In this document: piece after piece, positions 50,951-60,857 of the stretch
Position numbering within the stretch: the stretch's first letter is position 1
Layout of the letters: each line of letters opens with the position of its first letter
From: Candidatus Eiseniibacteriota bacterium
Lineage (GTDB): Bacteria; Eisenbacteria; RBG-16-71-46
DNA length: 64,000 nucleotides
Assembly: GCA_963744995.1 (NCBI GenBank)
Contig: CAVUWA010000002.1
Location: 1,152,001-1,216,000 of the forward strand
Direction: 5' to 3'
Notes under the pieces: model-generated
What the model saw: the letters and a program-made list of their open reading frames with translations, nothing else
Databases searched by the model: none
Told to the model about the DNA's origin: nothing
Program-made: the position numbers and the translations under genes

Positions 50951-52951
50951 CTAGCGGATCACGGTGCCGCGCGCGGTGAGGATGCGGTGGCCGTACACCA
51001 GCCGCACCAGATAGAAGCCCGGGGGGACCGGGCTGCCGGCGCCGAGGTCCACGACGTGGCGTCCGGGCTCGAGCGAGCCGAGATCGCGCCAGCGCATGCG
51101 CCGGCCGGCGACATCGATCAGCTCCAGCATGCCGGGGGCGGTGGCCGGCACGCTGAACGCCACCCGAACGTCGCCGTGCGCCGGGTTCGGCACCATCCCG
51201 GCGAGCGCCAGCACCGGCGCGGCCGCCGTTTCGACCCACACTTCACCCATGTAGTCGCGGCCGTTCGCGGTGGGGCGCGCGAGGCGGTAGCCATAGCGCG
51301 CGCCGGGCACGACGTTGCGGTCTTCGATCTCGATGGTGCCGTCCGCGCCGGGCACGTGCGCGCCGAGATCCGCCCAGTCGGCGTCGTCCTTCCGGCGCTG
51401 CACGACCAGCTCGAAGCTCGCGCCCGTCTGGGCGCGCCAGGTGACGACGATACGGTCGCGCCCGACATCGGTCGACGCCACGGTGACCGCCTCGGCGCCG
51501 AGGCCCCGGGCGCCGACCCGCGCAGCGAACAGGCGCGCGTCCGCGACGCCCTGCTCCCAGGCGACGACCACGCCGCCCGCGGCGTCGCTCGTCGCGGCCG
51601 GAGCGACCTGCCCCGCGGCGTCGCTGGCGAGCCGCAGACCTTCCGAAGGCCAGCCGGGCGCCGGCACGCCCGCGCCGGTGAGGTACTGGCCATAGACGTG
51701 CCCCGTTCCTTCGCGAAAGTCCTGCCACGTGCCGAACACGCCGCCCGCGCCGTCGGGCACGATGGACGGGTTCACCTGGTAGCCGCCCGCGCTCGAGAGT
51801 GCGCGGCCGTCGTTCGGCCACCCCGCGACGCGCCGTCCCGCGCCGTCGACGCGCTGCGCGTAGATCGAGGTGCCGCTTCCCGAACGGTCGTCTTCCCACG
51901 TCGCGAACACGCCCCCCGTGCCGTCCGGCTGGAGCGCGAGGGCGTCCTTGCCGCTCGGGTAGCTCGCGAGCGTGATCCCGTCACCGGGCCAGTCCTGCGC
52001 CGCATGGCCGTTGCCTTCGATCCGCGCGAGGAACAGGTCGGGCGTGCCGCGGCGCAGGTCGCGCCACGCGATGAACGCGCCGCCCGCCGCGTCGCGGACC
52101 GCGCGCACGAGATCCTGGCGGCCGATCGACGGACTGATCTGCAGTCCGCCGGTCGGCCAGCCGTCGGCGCGGCGTCCGCGCCACGTGATGCGCTGCACGA
52201 ACGCCCCGCTCACGCCGCCGCGCAGATCCTCCCAGACGACGAACGCGCCGTTGGCGTCGTCGGGGACGAGGTGCGGCTGGAACTGCCCGCCGGAGGTCGG
52301 CGTCACGGGCTCGCCGTTGGTGGGCCAGCCGATCTCCACCGTCGCGTCGACGGCGATGCGCTGCACGTAGATCGCCGAGGTCGGGCCGCGCCGGTCTTCC
52401 CAGGCGACCAGCACGCCGCGCGTGCCGTCGGCCGCGATGGCCGGGGTGAGCTGCGGAACATCCGCGGTGCACGCGGGCATGCCGTCGCGGGGCCAGGCGG
52501 GATCGCGGCGCCCGTCGCCGAGCACGTGCTGCACGAAGACGCTCGGCACGCTGCCGCGCAGGTCCTGCCACGCGACGTACACGCCTCCCGAGCCGTCGGT
52601 CGCGAGCCGCGGCGCATACTGGCCGCGCTCGGCGAGACACGCAGCCGTGCCTCCCGGCGGCCAGCCCGCCGCCGGCCGGCCGGCCTGGCCGAGATGCTGA
52701 ACGTAGACATCCGTGTCGCTGCCGCGTTCGTCGACCCAGGCGAAGAAGGCGCCGCCCGCCCCGTCGGGAAGCGGGGCCACGTCGTACTGGGGGCCGGCAC
52801 CCGTGGCGACCGGGCGGCCCACGGTGGAATGGAACAGGGAGTCGGCCGCAGGATCCTGGGCCGCCGCCGGGCCGGGGGCGGAGAGGGCGAGCCAGACCGC
52901 GGCCAGCATGGCCGGGCGCACGGGGATCCGGGGCCCCTCGTTGGGGATCAT
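50951..52951 (-). CDS. Secreted repeat (probable beta-propeller) protein with T9SS-type-A/FlgD-like C-terminal domain
   Basis: Signal peptide; eight DGxGGxxxxWxDxR...Q...GWPxxG repeats; PNP...DVAGR...GFYLVRL...VIR tail. Confidence 0.8.
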   Translation of the reverse strand: MIPNEGPRIPVRPAMLAAVWLALSAPGPAAAQDPAADSLFHSTVGRPVATGAGPQYDVAPLPDGAGGAFFAWVDERGSDTDVYVQHLGQAGRPAAGWPPGGTAACLAERGQYAPRLATDGSGGVYVAWQDLRGSVPSVFVQHVLGDGRRDPAWPRDGMPACTADVPQLTPAIAADGTRGVLVAWEDRRGPTSAIYVQRIAVDATVEIGWPTNGEPVTPTSGGQFQPHLVPDDANGAFVVWEDLRGGVSGAFVQRITWRGRRADGWPTGGLQISPSIGRQDLVRAVRDAAGGAFIAWRDLRRGTPDLFLARIEGNGHAAQDWPGDGITLASYPSGKDALALQPDGTGGVFATWEDDRSGSGTSIYAQRVDGAGRRVAGWPNDGRALSSAGGYQVNPSIVPDGAGGVFGTWQDFREGTGHVYGQYLTGAGVPAPGWPSEGLRLASDAAGQVAPAATSDAAGGVVVAWEQGVADARLFAARVGARGLGAEAVTVASTDVGRDRIVVTWRAQTGASFELVVQRRKDDADWADLGAHVPGADGTIEIEDRNVVPGARYGYRLARPTANGRDYMGEVWVETAAAPVLALAGMVPNPAHGDVRVAFSVPATAPGMLELIDVAGRRMRWRDLGSLEPGRHVVDLGAGSPVPPGFYLVRLVYGHRILTARGTVIR

Positions 52952-53115
52952 TCGACAACCTCGGGTGCGATGCGGTGCGAAGGTGCGGGCGGTTGTGAGA
53001 TGCCTTTCTAACGCGGCTGGATGGCCGGTTCAAGCGCGTTCTGGCGGCGGGCCTCTGCCGGCCGCCGCCGCGAGGGGGCGCGCAGAGGCAGCCCCGGGAG
53101 CGCGCTCGCGAACCC

Positions 53116-53145
53116 TTGACAGAACGGCGCTTAGGATGGTAGAAA
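53116..53145 (+). promoter_or_regulatory. Putative sigma-70 promoter of rplU-rpmA
   Basis: TTGACA-N18-TAGAAA with TG extension. Confidence 0.55.
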
Positions 53146-53250
53146 CACCCGTTCTGCGACCTGCCTTCAGAGTGTCTCGCGCTCCCGCGCGGCGGTCGTC
53201 GACCGCTCGGACACCCATCGATCAGGTACGAATCCGGAGAACCACGACAC

Positions 53251-53562
53251 ATGTACGCCATCGTCAAAATCAACGGCGTTCAGACGCGCGTGACGCCCGA
53301 CGAGGTGCTGTTCGTGCCGCGGCTGAAAGGCGAGCCCGGCGCGAAGCTGACCTTCGATCAGGTGCTGCTCGTCGCGGACGGCGAGAAGATTGCCTTCGGG
53401 CAGCCCTATGTGAAGGGCGCCAGCCTCACCGCCGAACTCATGGAGCACACGCGCGGGCCGAAGCTGCATGGTTTCAAGTTCAAGCGCCGGAAGGACTATC
53501 GGCGCCGCTGGGGGCACCGCGATTCGCTGACGCGGATCAAGGTCACCGGCATCAAGGCATAG
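53251..53562 (+). CDS. rplU: 50S ribosomal protein L21
   Basis: [25 protein letters not shown]. Confidence 0.95.
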   Translation: MYAIVKINGVQTRVTPDEVLFVPRLKGEPGAKLTFDQVLLVADGEKIAFGQPYVKGASLTAELMEHTRGPKLHGFKFKRRKDYRRRWGHRDSLTRIKVTGIKA

Positions 53563-53576
53563 GGGACCCGTCAGTC

Positions 53577-53846
53577 ATGGCTCACAAAAAGGGACAGTCG
53601 TCCTCCAAGAACAACCGCGAATCCAACGCGCAGCGGCTGGGCGTCAAGCGCTTCGGCGGTGAGCTCGTCAGGGCCGGGAACATCCTGGTGCGCCAGCGCG
53701 GCACGAAGATCTTCCCCGGGAACAACGTCGGACTCGGCAAGGACGACACGCTGTTCGCGCTGGCCGACGGCCACGTGAAGTTCGTGCGCTACCGCGGCAC
53801 GCGCCGCAAGGTGCACATCGTTCCGGTGGCGGCTGCGGAAGCGTAA
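53577..53846 (+). CDS. rpmA: 50S ribosomal protein L27
   Basis: [30 protein letters not shown]. Confidence 0.97.
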   Translation: MAHKKGQSSSKNNRESNAQRLGVKRFGGELVRAGNILVRQRGTKIFPGNNVGLGKDDTLFALADGHVKFVRYRGTRRKVHIVPVAAAEA

Positions 53847-53868
53847 CCCCGCATCCTGTATGGAGACG

Positions 53869-53910
53869 GCGCCACGCCGCCCGGGCTTCGGGCGGCGTGG
53901 CGTTTTCGTT
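53869..53910 (+). terminator. Intrinsic terminator after rpmA
   Basis: gcgccacgccgcccg-loop-cgggcggcgtggcgt, then TTTCGTT. Confidence 0.8.
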
Positions 53911-53997
53911 GCGGGGCCCAGTTTGCCGCGCCGCGACGACTGTTCCGCGCCGGTTTGGTCTTTACGCCGAATACCGACTCGTGGGAGGCATGACGCC

Positions 53998-54561
53998 ATG
54001 CGGAAACTGACCTATGGCATGAACCGGAGTCTGGACGGCTACATCGCCGCACCCGGCGACGACCTCGGCTGGAGCGTGCCGAGCGACGAGCTGTTCCAGT
54101 GGTGGTCCGACCGGGTGGGGGCGACGGGTCTGGCGCTGTACGGGCGCAAACTGTGGGAGACGATGAGCTCCCACTGGCCGACCGCCGACCAGCAGCCTGG
54201 CGCCACACCGGCGCAGATCGAGTTCGCCCGCCGCTGGCGGGACATGCCGAAGGTGGTGTTCTCCTCGACGACCAGCGTGGTCGACTGGAACGCCCGCCTG
54301 GTTGCCGGCGACGCTGTGACCGAGATCACCCGGCTCAAGACTGAGGATGGCGGTCCCATGGACGTCGGCGGCGCCACTCTCGCCGCGGCGGCCATGCGGG
54401 CCGCGCTGATCGACGAGTACGCGATCGTCACCCACCCGGTCCTGGTGGGCGGCGGCACGCCGTTCTTCACGGCCCTGGACAACTGGGTGAACCTGAACCT
54501 GGTGGAAACCCGGACGTTTCCCGACGGCGTGCTCCTGACCAGGTACGAGACCAGGCGCTGA
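53998..54561 (+). CDS. Dihydrofolate reductase / RibD C-terminal family protein
   Basis: SLDGYI, YGRKLWE, KVVFS, GGATLA, IDEY, PVLVGGG. Confidence 0.88.
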   Translation: MRKLTYGMNRSLDGYIAAPGDDLGWSVPSDELFQWWSDRVGATGLALYGRKLWETMSSHWPTADQQPGATPAQIEFARRWRDMPKVVFSSTTSVVDWNARLVAGDAVTEITRLKTEDGGPMDVGGATLAAAAMRAALIDEYAIVTHPVLVGGGTPFFTALDNWVNLNLVETRTFPDGVLLTRYETRR

Positions 54562-54746
54562 ATGCCCGACCTCGAATCGGCGCGGGCTCGGCGCACGCCC
54601 CGCCCCGGTTTGACGCTGCGAACGCCGCTGGCGATACTCCGTCGCCCGATGTCGCACCACACACGAAACGCTGGCGCATGCGCTTCGATAGGGCGTGGCG
54701 CCCGCGTTCCCGCCTCCCGATCGCAGCCCGAACCCGAGGTCCGGCC

Positions 54747-55400
54747 ATGTCCCCCAGGGCGTGGCTGAGGGCCGGCGTCGTCCTGCTGGTGCTGGCGGGG
54801 GCAGTGACGCTCTACGCGCTGCTCGCGCCGCGCCTGCTGCCGCTGCCCGTGTACATGACGGTCCCGGACGTGACGCTGATCGATGAAACCGGGCAGCCGT
54901 TCGCGCTGAACGCAACGCGCGGGAAGGTCGTGGTGCTGGCCCCGGTCTACACCCACTGCCCGGACGTGTGCCCGCTCACGCTGTCCAAGCTGCAGGCCCT
55001 GCAGCAGCGACTCCGGCGGACCGGCCTCGATGGCGAGGTGCGGCTGGTCGCCTTCACCGTGGATCCCGAGCGCGACGACGTGGCGGTGCTGCACCGGCTC
55101 GCGAATTCGCTCGACGCCGATCCGAAGATCTGGAAGTTCCTCACCGGGTCGAACGAGGCCGTCGGGCGACTCGTCTCGGGGATGGGCATCTACGTCGGCC
55201 GCGCACGCGTCGACGGGACGGCGCTCCCGGAGAGCGCGGTCGCCGGCCTCGTCGCCGCAGGGAAGCCGTACCTCGTCAATCACACCGACCGGCTGTTCCT
55301 CGCCGACCGGCAGGGCCGAGTGCGCGCGCTGTCGCCCGGCAGCGGGGCGGATGTCGACCAGGTCATGAGCACGCTGCGAAGGATCATCGCGGGATCATGA
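54747..55400 (+). CDS. SCO/SenC family copper chaperone
   Basis: TM anchor, CPDVC, TVDPERD, WKFLTG, NHT. Confidence 0.9.
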   Translation: MSPRAWLRAGVVLLVLAGAVTLYALLAPRLLPLPVYMTVPDVTLIDETGQPFALNATRGKVVVLAPVYTHCPDVCPLTLSKLQALQQRLRRTGLDGEVRLVAFTVDPERDDVAVLHRLANSLDADPKIWKFLTGSNEAVGRLVSGMGIYVGRARVDGTALPESAVAGLVAAGKPYLVNHTDRLFLADRQGRVRALSPGSGADVDQVMSTLRRIIAGS

Positions 55401-55909
55401 AGAACGGGCCCCGTCTCCTTGGGCGTTCACGCAACGCTGCGATGGTTCTCCTCGTGGCGCTCACGCTGCTCGCGGCCGCGGGCTGCGGCGCCGGTAGCAC
55501 CCGGGCGCCCCAGATCCGCGTCGAAGGAGCCTGGGCGCGGCCCGCCGCGAACTCCGTCAGTGGGGGCACGCACGGCGGCGGCCGCGGCGGCGTGAGCGCT
55601 GCGTACTTCACGATCTTCAACGACGGCGGCACGCCGGACACGCTCACAGGCGTGAGCACGGACGCCGCCGCCGAAGTGAGCCTCCACAAGAGCGTCCACC
55701 AGAGCGGCGTCGCGAAGATGCTGCCGATCGAGCGTCTCGTGGTGCCCGCGGGTGGCCGGGTCGCGCTCCAGCCCGGCGGCAACCATGTCATGATGATGGG
55801 CGTGACGCGGGCGCTCGAGCCGGGCGCGGACGTCCGACTGGCGCTGCACTTCCGAACCAGCGGCACGGTCTACGTCGACGCGCGGGTTGGGGCCGGGGCG
55901 CCGCGATGA
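55397..55909 (+). CDS. PCu(A)C copper chaperone, lipoprotein
   Basis: AWAR, AAYF, H...M...PGGNHVM ligand pattern. Confidence 0.88.
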   Translation: MKNGPRLLGRSRNAAMVLLVALTLLAAAGCGAGSTRAPQIRVEGAWARPAANSVSGGTHGGGRGGVSAAYFTIFNDGGTPDTLTGVSTDAAAEVSLHKSVHQSGVAKMLPIERLVVPAGGRVALQPGGNHVMMMGVTRALEPGADVRLALHFRTSGTVYVDARVGAGAPR

Positions 55910-56637
55910 ACACACCGTGGCTGATCGCGGTCGGGCTGGTCGCGCTGGGCTCATACGTCGTCGCATTGAGCCGCACCGCTCAGCGCTGGGCGCCGGCCAC
56001 GCAGTGGCGCCGGCTGTTCGCGTTCGGCGCCGGTGTGGTCGCGGCGCTCGTCGCGCTGGTGCCGTCGCCGGCGCTGTTCGGGGCGGATCACCGCTTCACG
56101 ACCAACATGGGGCAGCTCCTGCTGATGCTGGAGGTTGCAGCGCCGCTGATGATGGTCGGAACGCGCGACATGATCCCGGCGCCGCCGCCCGCGTGGGAGG
56201 CGCTCGGCAGGCGCGTTTCGAAGCCGCTGATGGCGGGTGTGATCAGCAGCGTCGTGCTGATCGGCTGGCATCTGCCGGCACTGTTCGAGAAGGCGTCGGG
56301 CAGCATTCCGATCTGGTCGTTCAAGGAAGTGCTGCTGCTCGGCGTCGGGATGGTGGGCTGGGCGCCGGTGTTCGCCCCGTTCGCCGCGTGGCGGGCGCCC
56401 CATGGGATGCAGCTCCTCTACCTGTTCGTGTGGCGCACGCCCATGATGGTCCTCGCGGCCATGATCACGTTCGCAACCGAGCTGATCTACACCGGGCGAT
56501 CGGCCGGCCTCGAGATCTGCGCGCCGGCATCGGTGGGAGACCAGCAGGCCGCGGGGCTGGTCATGATGGCCTTGAGCGGCGTGGTCGTGTTCGGGACGTT
56601 CAGCGTGATCTTCTTCCGCTGGGCCGCGGAGAAATGA
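55906..56637 (+). CDS. caa3-type CtaG-like cytochrome oxidase assembly protein
   Basis: ALVPSP, WHLP, DQQAAGLVM; follows SCO and PCuAC. Confidence 0.75.
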   Translation: MNTPWLIAVGLVALGSYVVALSRTAQRWAPATQWRRLFAFGAGVVAALVALVPSPALFGADHRFTTNMGQLLLMLEVAAPLMMVGTRDMIPAPPPAWEALGRRVSKPLMAGVISSVVLIGWHLPALFEKASGSIPIWSFKEVLLLGVGMVGWAPVFAPFAAWRAPHGMQLLYLFVWRTPMMVLAAMITFATELIYTGRSAGLEICAPASVGDQQAAGLVMMALSGVVVFGTFSVIFFRWAAEK

Positions 56638-56654
56638 GGCGGCGCGTGCGGACA

Positions 56655-56915
56655 TCACACTCGTGTGCGAATCCGATTGAGATAGACATCGCCACCGGAG
56701 TGGTAGCCGAAGTACGCGCCTCCCGCGACGTCCTGAGCCACTCCGAGGGTGCTGCCGATGAGCCCACCGATCATCGCGATGTTGTACAGAACTTTGCCGC
56801 CCGCGAGGATCCGCGCGTACCGGATGTTGTAGCCGGTTTCGCCCCTCTCAAGGCATGCGATGGCCACGCCGCCTGAGCTGTCCGGAGACATGCGGACGCC
56901 GTGGATGCCAAACAC
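56655..56915 (-). pseudogene. Fragment of a DGxGG-repeat protein
   Basis: PDSSGGVAIAC...YNIRYARI and QDVAGGAYFGY...DVYLNRI resemble the repeats of 50951-52951. Confidence 0.45.
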
Positions 56916-56946
56916 GAGTTCTCCGAGAGATCTTCAGCCGCGCGAA

Positions 56947-57672
56947 TTAGCGATACATCGCCTTCACCTTGCCCCACGTGGTGGCCTGGGTCGGGGCCGC
57001 GTTGCACGAACCACCGTTCCAGCTCACGCAGGAGTGACCGTCGTCCGGCTGGCCGCGGAGCTCGATCACCGCACCGCTCGCACCGGTCAGAAACATGACC
57101 GGCGAGAAGAGCGCCACGGGATCCGAGCAGCCCGAACAGACGTCCGTGCTGGCATTCGTGATCTCCCAGATCCAACCGAAGTAGTTGGTCCCGGCGCTGA
57201 TCGAGGTCGGATTCCAGGTATTGCGCGCGATCGCGAACACGGCGCGGTTCTTGAATGGCGCGCCATACTGCTCGGCGTAGCCGGTGAACAGGCCGATCGC
57301 GGACGTAGCGCCGTCCCAGGTGTCCTGGCAGACGCCGCCACCAGCGCTGGCGGTGCTGTAGATGCTGATGTTGATGCTGGCCGCCGTCATACGGCAGGTG
57401 CCCACGTTCTTGAACGACCACCAGGGAACCGGCGTGCCGTTGTCGAAATTGATGTCGATCGTGCCGTCGATCGTGGTGAAGTCAGGAATCGAGCCCGTGG
57501 GCGTGTAGCTGACGACCAGGCGATTGATGCCGTCGTTGCTGGTGCAGGCGTTCACACGAGCGACCGCACCACCGTCCACCAGGCAGTCATTCCAGGCAAC
57601 CTGGATCTGCGCCGCAGCGGTCGAAGCCGTGAGCGCAAGCAACCCGGTGCAGATAAGGAGAATCTTCTTCAT
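56947..57672 (-). CDS. Secreted Cys-containing protein ending TTWGKVKAMYR
   Basis: GGAGG RBS; MKKILLICTGLLALTASTAAA signal peptide; C-terminal motif. Confidence 0.85.
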   Translation of the reverse strand: MKKILLICTGLLALTASTAAAQIQVAWNDCLVDGGAVARVNACTSNDGINRLVVSYTPTGSIPDFTTIDGTIDINFDNGTPVPWWSFKNVGTCRMTAASINISIYSTASAGGGVCQDTWDGATSAIGLFTGYAEQYGAPFKNRAVFAIARNTWNPTSISAGTNYFGWIWEITNASTDVCSGCSDPVALFSPVMFLTGASGAVIELRGQPDDGHSCVSWNGGSCNAAPTQATTWGKVKAMYR

Positions 57673-57815
57673 TGTTGCCTCCACAAATCATGAACCCACA
57701 CGAAGCGGGGGGACAGGGGGAAACTTCGAACCGAGCTTCTCTTGCGCTGAGAGCCACATTAAGACGGGGCGCCACGAGCACCTGAAGGAACCGCACCGTG
57801 GCTCACCGGATCAGG

Positions 57816-57966
57816 AAGATCCAGCAGGTGAAGCGGCGCTCACGCGGCTTCCGCAGCCGCGAGCGCTTCAAGATGTCGATCTACTTCCACTGCGGCGGGC
57901 TCGAGCTCCACCCGGCCGGCGCTGCGCTCAGGCACTGAATGCACCCACACGAATTCCAGAAGAGCC
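57816..57966 (+). mobile_element. ISL3-family remnant: transposase C-terminus plus right end
   Basis: KIQQVKRRSRGFRSRERFKMSIYFHCGGLELHP, then cccacacgaattccagaagagcc (ISL3-type GAGCC terminus). Confidence 0.8.
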
Positions 57967-59112
57967 TTACTTCCTGTATATCGACTTCAGCCGCCCCCAG
58001 CTGGTCTGCGACGTAGGGGTCACGCCGCATGCAGCATCCAGAGCTCCGATCAACCCGCATGCACTGGCGCCAGGCGCACAGGGCGATGCCGCGTTGATCG
58101 AGTAGTCTCCGGATGATGAATTGCAGAAGAGGGGGTCGACTGAAAGGTTGCCCTGGCCTGAAGCGTCCGAGAGGAGATAGTCGGGCCCTTCATTCCCCCA
58201 TGAGTCGTTGCAGTGCACGGGGCCCGGAGCCTGGATGCCGGCCCCTGAGGACCATCCCGGAAGTCCGCGATTGAGCGCGACGATGTTGTGACGAATGACC
58301 ACGATCGTGGTGACGACGCGGATGCCTGCACCATGCGTGAAGCTGTTGTTGTTGTAGTTCCCGACGATCGTGTTGTTCGCAATCAGGATGCCGCCGCCGT
58401 AGATCCCGCCACCAAAGCTGTCGGACCAGTTCTCCAACACCACGTTCTCCGTGAATGAGGTGTAGTCAATCCTGGCCGCGCCGCCTCCCACATGGCAACC
58501 GTTGCCTTGGAAGAGATTCCTGCGGACTTCGGAGAGAGCGAAGAACCCTGTGTCATAAAAGCCCCCGCCAGAGTCGCCCGCGTAGTTGTTGCGGATCACG
58601 CTGTCCTCGATGACGCAGCCCGTGTTGTCAAGACCAAGATAGATGCCGCCCCCGACACCGAGGTCAAAAGGTAGCGCTTGGTTGTCCTCGATCACGCAGT
58701 TCCTGATCGTGGCGCTCCCCGCGCTGACGTGGACACCCGCGCCGTGCTGGCTGACCCCGTTTCGAATGGTGAGCCCCTCGATCACGCAGTCAGCGTCCGC
58801 GTAGATCACCCTGCCGATCTGCTGACCGTCGACGACAGTAGCCGTCGCGCCCGACTCCCCACGGAGTGTCAGTTGCTTTCCCAAGAGCTGCAGGTTCTCG
58901 TAGTAGGTGCCGGGAGCGATCGCGATCACGTCGCCCGAGGCGGCTGCAACGATGGCCTGCTGTATGGAGGAGTAGTCAGCAGGGACGCGAAGGGTGGCAG
59001 CATCGACCCTACCGGCAAATACGCCAATGGCGCTCAAGAGGGTGATAAGAATCGAACGAAGTGCAGGCACGATGACCACCGACCGGGGGTGGAATGAGAT
59101 GCGCCGTGTCAT
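57967..59112 (-). CDS. Secreted right-handed beta-helix protein ending TSWGRLKSIYRK
   Basis: VPADYSSIQQAI, GTYYE, GGG...N repeats, DPLFC...SPC; real start may be near 59070. Confidence 0.85.
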   Translation of the reverse strand: MTRRISFHPRSVVIVPALRSILITLLSAIGVFAGRVDAATLRVPADYSSIQQAIVAAASGDVIAIAPGTYYENLQLLGKQLTLRGESGATATVVDGQQIGRVIYADADCVIEGLTIRNGVSQHGAGVHVSAGSATIRNCVIEDNQALPFDLGVGGGIYLGLDNTGCVIEDSVIRNNYAGDSGGGFYDTGFFALSEVRRNLFQGNGCHVGGGAARIDYTSFTENVVLENWSDSFGGGIYGGGILIANNTIVGNYNNNSFTHGAGIRVVTTIVVIRHNIVALNRGLPGWSSGAGIQAPGPVHCNDSWGNEGPDYLLSDASGQGNLSVDPLFCNSSSGDYSINAASPCAPGASACGLIGALDAACGVTPTSQTSWGRLKSIYRK

Positions 59113-59229
59113 CCGGCAGTCTTGATCCTCTTAGTAGAAGACGAATCCAGAATCCCCTCCTTTTCACGCCAAGTCTCCGCTAACTCTATCACCTCCGGTA
59201 ACGGTCTCCGTGAGAAATTCGTGCATCGG

Positions 59230-59810
59230 ATCGATAGGAACTCGCACGCCCGCCGCACCCGGCCTGCGCCCGCATCATCCTCCGCTCCAGCCTGAAGACC
59301 GAGCTCCGCCTGAGCCAAAGCAGCACGCTGGCCGCTTGACCCGGCCGCACGACCCCACGTCGAGGCCCATTCCGCCCGCACCGGCCGCTGCGCCGGCCCC
59401 GCCGCGCACCCCGAGCCCACCACGTGTCCCGGCATCTCGCGAGCGCGCCCAGGCGGGGGAGGGGATTCGGTCCCCGGCGTCCTGCGTCACGCCGCCGCGT
59501 CCGCCCAGGGCCCCGCGCGGGCGTCGATAGCGATCGAGCCGAAGGTCTGCACGCAGATGATCGCGCCGGGCGCGGCATTGCGATCGCCGAGCGCCGCCTG
59601 CAGGTAGCGGCCCAGGACGCAGGCGGCGAGCCGGCTCAGGCCGCCGAGTCGGCGGCGGTCATACAGAAGGTAGGGGCGGAGGCGCCTGGGCAGCGTCAGC
59701 ACGATCTGGCGATGCGGCACGGCGAGCAGCAGCAGCTCGCCCAACCACAGGCTCCACTCGGCCAGTCGCCGCCCATGGCAGGAAGGGCAGAACCGCCGCC
59801 GCCGGCAGAC
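59230..59810 (-). mobile_element. IS91-family element remnant (copy A), internally deleted
   Basis: CRRRRFCPSC, PHRQIVLTLP, QTFGSIA joined to IDARAGPW; end reads TTCCTATCGAT; direct repeat of copy B. Confidence 0.8.
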
Positions 59811-60108
59811 AGTCGTGGCTGGACACGCGCCAGAGTTTTCGCAGGCCAGATCCCTGCTCTATCCAGTCGTCAGGCGCTTGCAGAATCGCACAGGGCCGTT
59901 TTTGTCACATCCTTCTCATGTGGCACCGTAGAAATCGCATACGATGCGTCGCGTGTACCCTGGTTCCTGCGCTCGGAATGGAGGGGGCCGGGGTCTGTCG
60001 TGAAGCTGGAACCGGCGCCGGGGCTGGCCAGGTATTTGGTTGAGGCCTAGGTTCCACTTCCCCGGGGATTGCTGATCCCCGGCCGCTCCCACGAATGGAG
60101 GAGAACCC

Positions 60109-60564
60109 ATGCCCATCACCACCCCGTCCGCCCCCGCTGTGTTCCTGGGAATGACCAACCGGGTGCTCGCGTCGCGAGACGCGACCGACGGATCCGTGAG
60201 TGTCGTCGAGATCACCATCGGGCCCGGGGCGGGCGCCCCACCCCACACCAACCAGCGCGAGGCGCTGACCTGGTACGTGCTCGAGGGCGAGCTGACGTTC
60301 TTCGAAGGGACGACGCCCGTGACCCGGCGTGCCGGCGAGCTGATCTTCATGCCGGCCAACGGCGTCCACACGTTCCTGAACCAGACGGACAGGGACGCCC
60401 GGGCGCTGATGATCTGCACGCCGGGCGGCTTCGAGGGCTTCCTCGTCGACGTGGCCGCGGTCCTGCCTGACGAGGCGCCCGAAGGGCCGCCGCCCGCCGA
60501 GGGCGTGGCGGCCATGAAGCGTGTCGGCGCTCAATACGGGCTCACCTTCCATCTCGACCAGTAG
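60109..60564 (+). CDS. Cupin domain protein
   Basis: GGAGGAG RBS; PPHTN...YVLEGEL...G..HTFLN, TPGGFEGF. Confidence 0.85.
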   Translation: MPITTPSAPAVFLGMTNRVLASRDATDGSVSVVEITIGPGAGAPPHTNQREALTWYVLEGELTFFEGTTPVTRRAGELIFMPANGVHTFLNQTDRDARALMICTPGGFEGFLVDVAAVLPDEAPEGPPPAEGVAAMKRVGAQYGLTFHLDQ

Positions 60565-60857
60565 CGGACCCCGCGGATTCGATGGGCGCCTGGACCACGC
60601 GCGTCAGCACTTCCGTTACGCGTGCCGATACGGGCTCCGTTCTCCGTCGTCGCAGTGCCCTCGCATGACCTGACCTGCCGAGTAGCGGGCGTTGGGCTCA
60701 TACATTCTCTTGGCGACGTCACTCCATGACCTGGCCTAGGATGCAGCAGCAGCAAGTCTCAAGGCGGTGTCTATCGAGGTCTGACTGATCCAAGCAGACT
60801 GTGCCCCCTGGACGTGATGCTGCACGATAACGGAGCGGTGCTTCTCCCTCATTGACC

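Noticed and set aside
60660..60700. attC-like GTTGGGC core
   Set aside because: No proper RYYYAAC partner, too short, no repeats and no integrase
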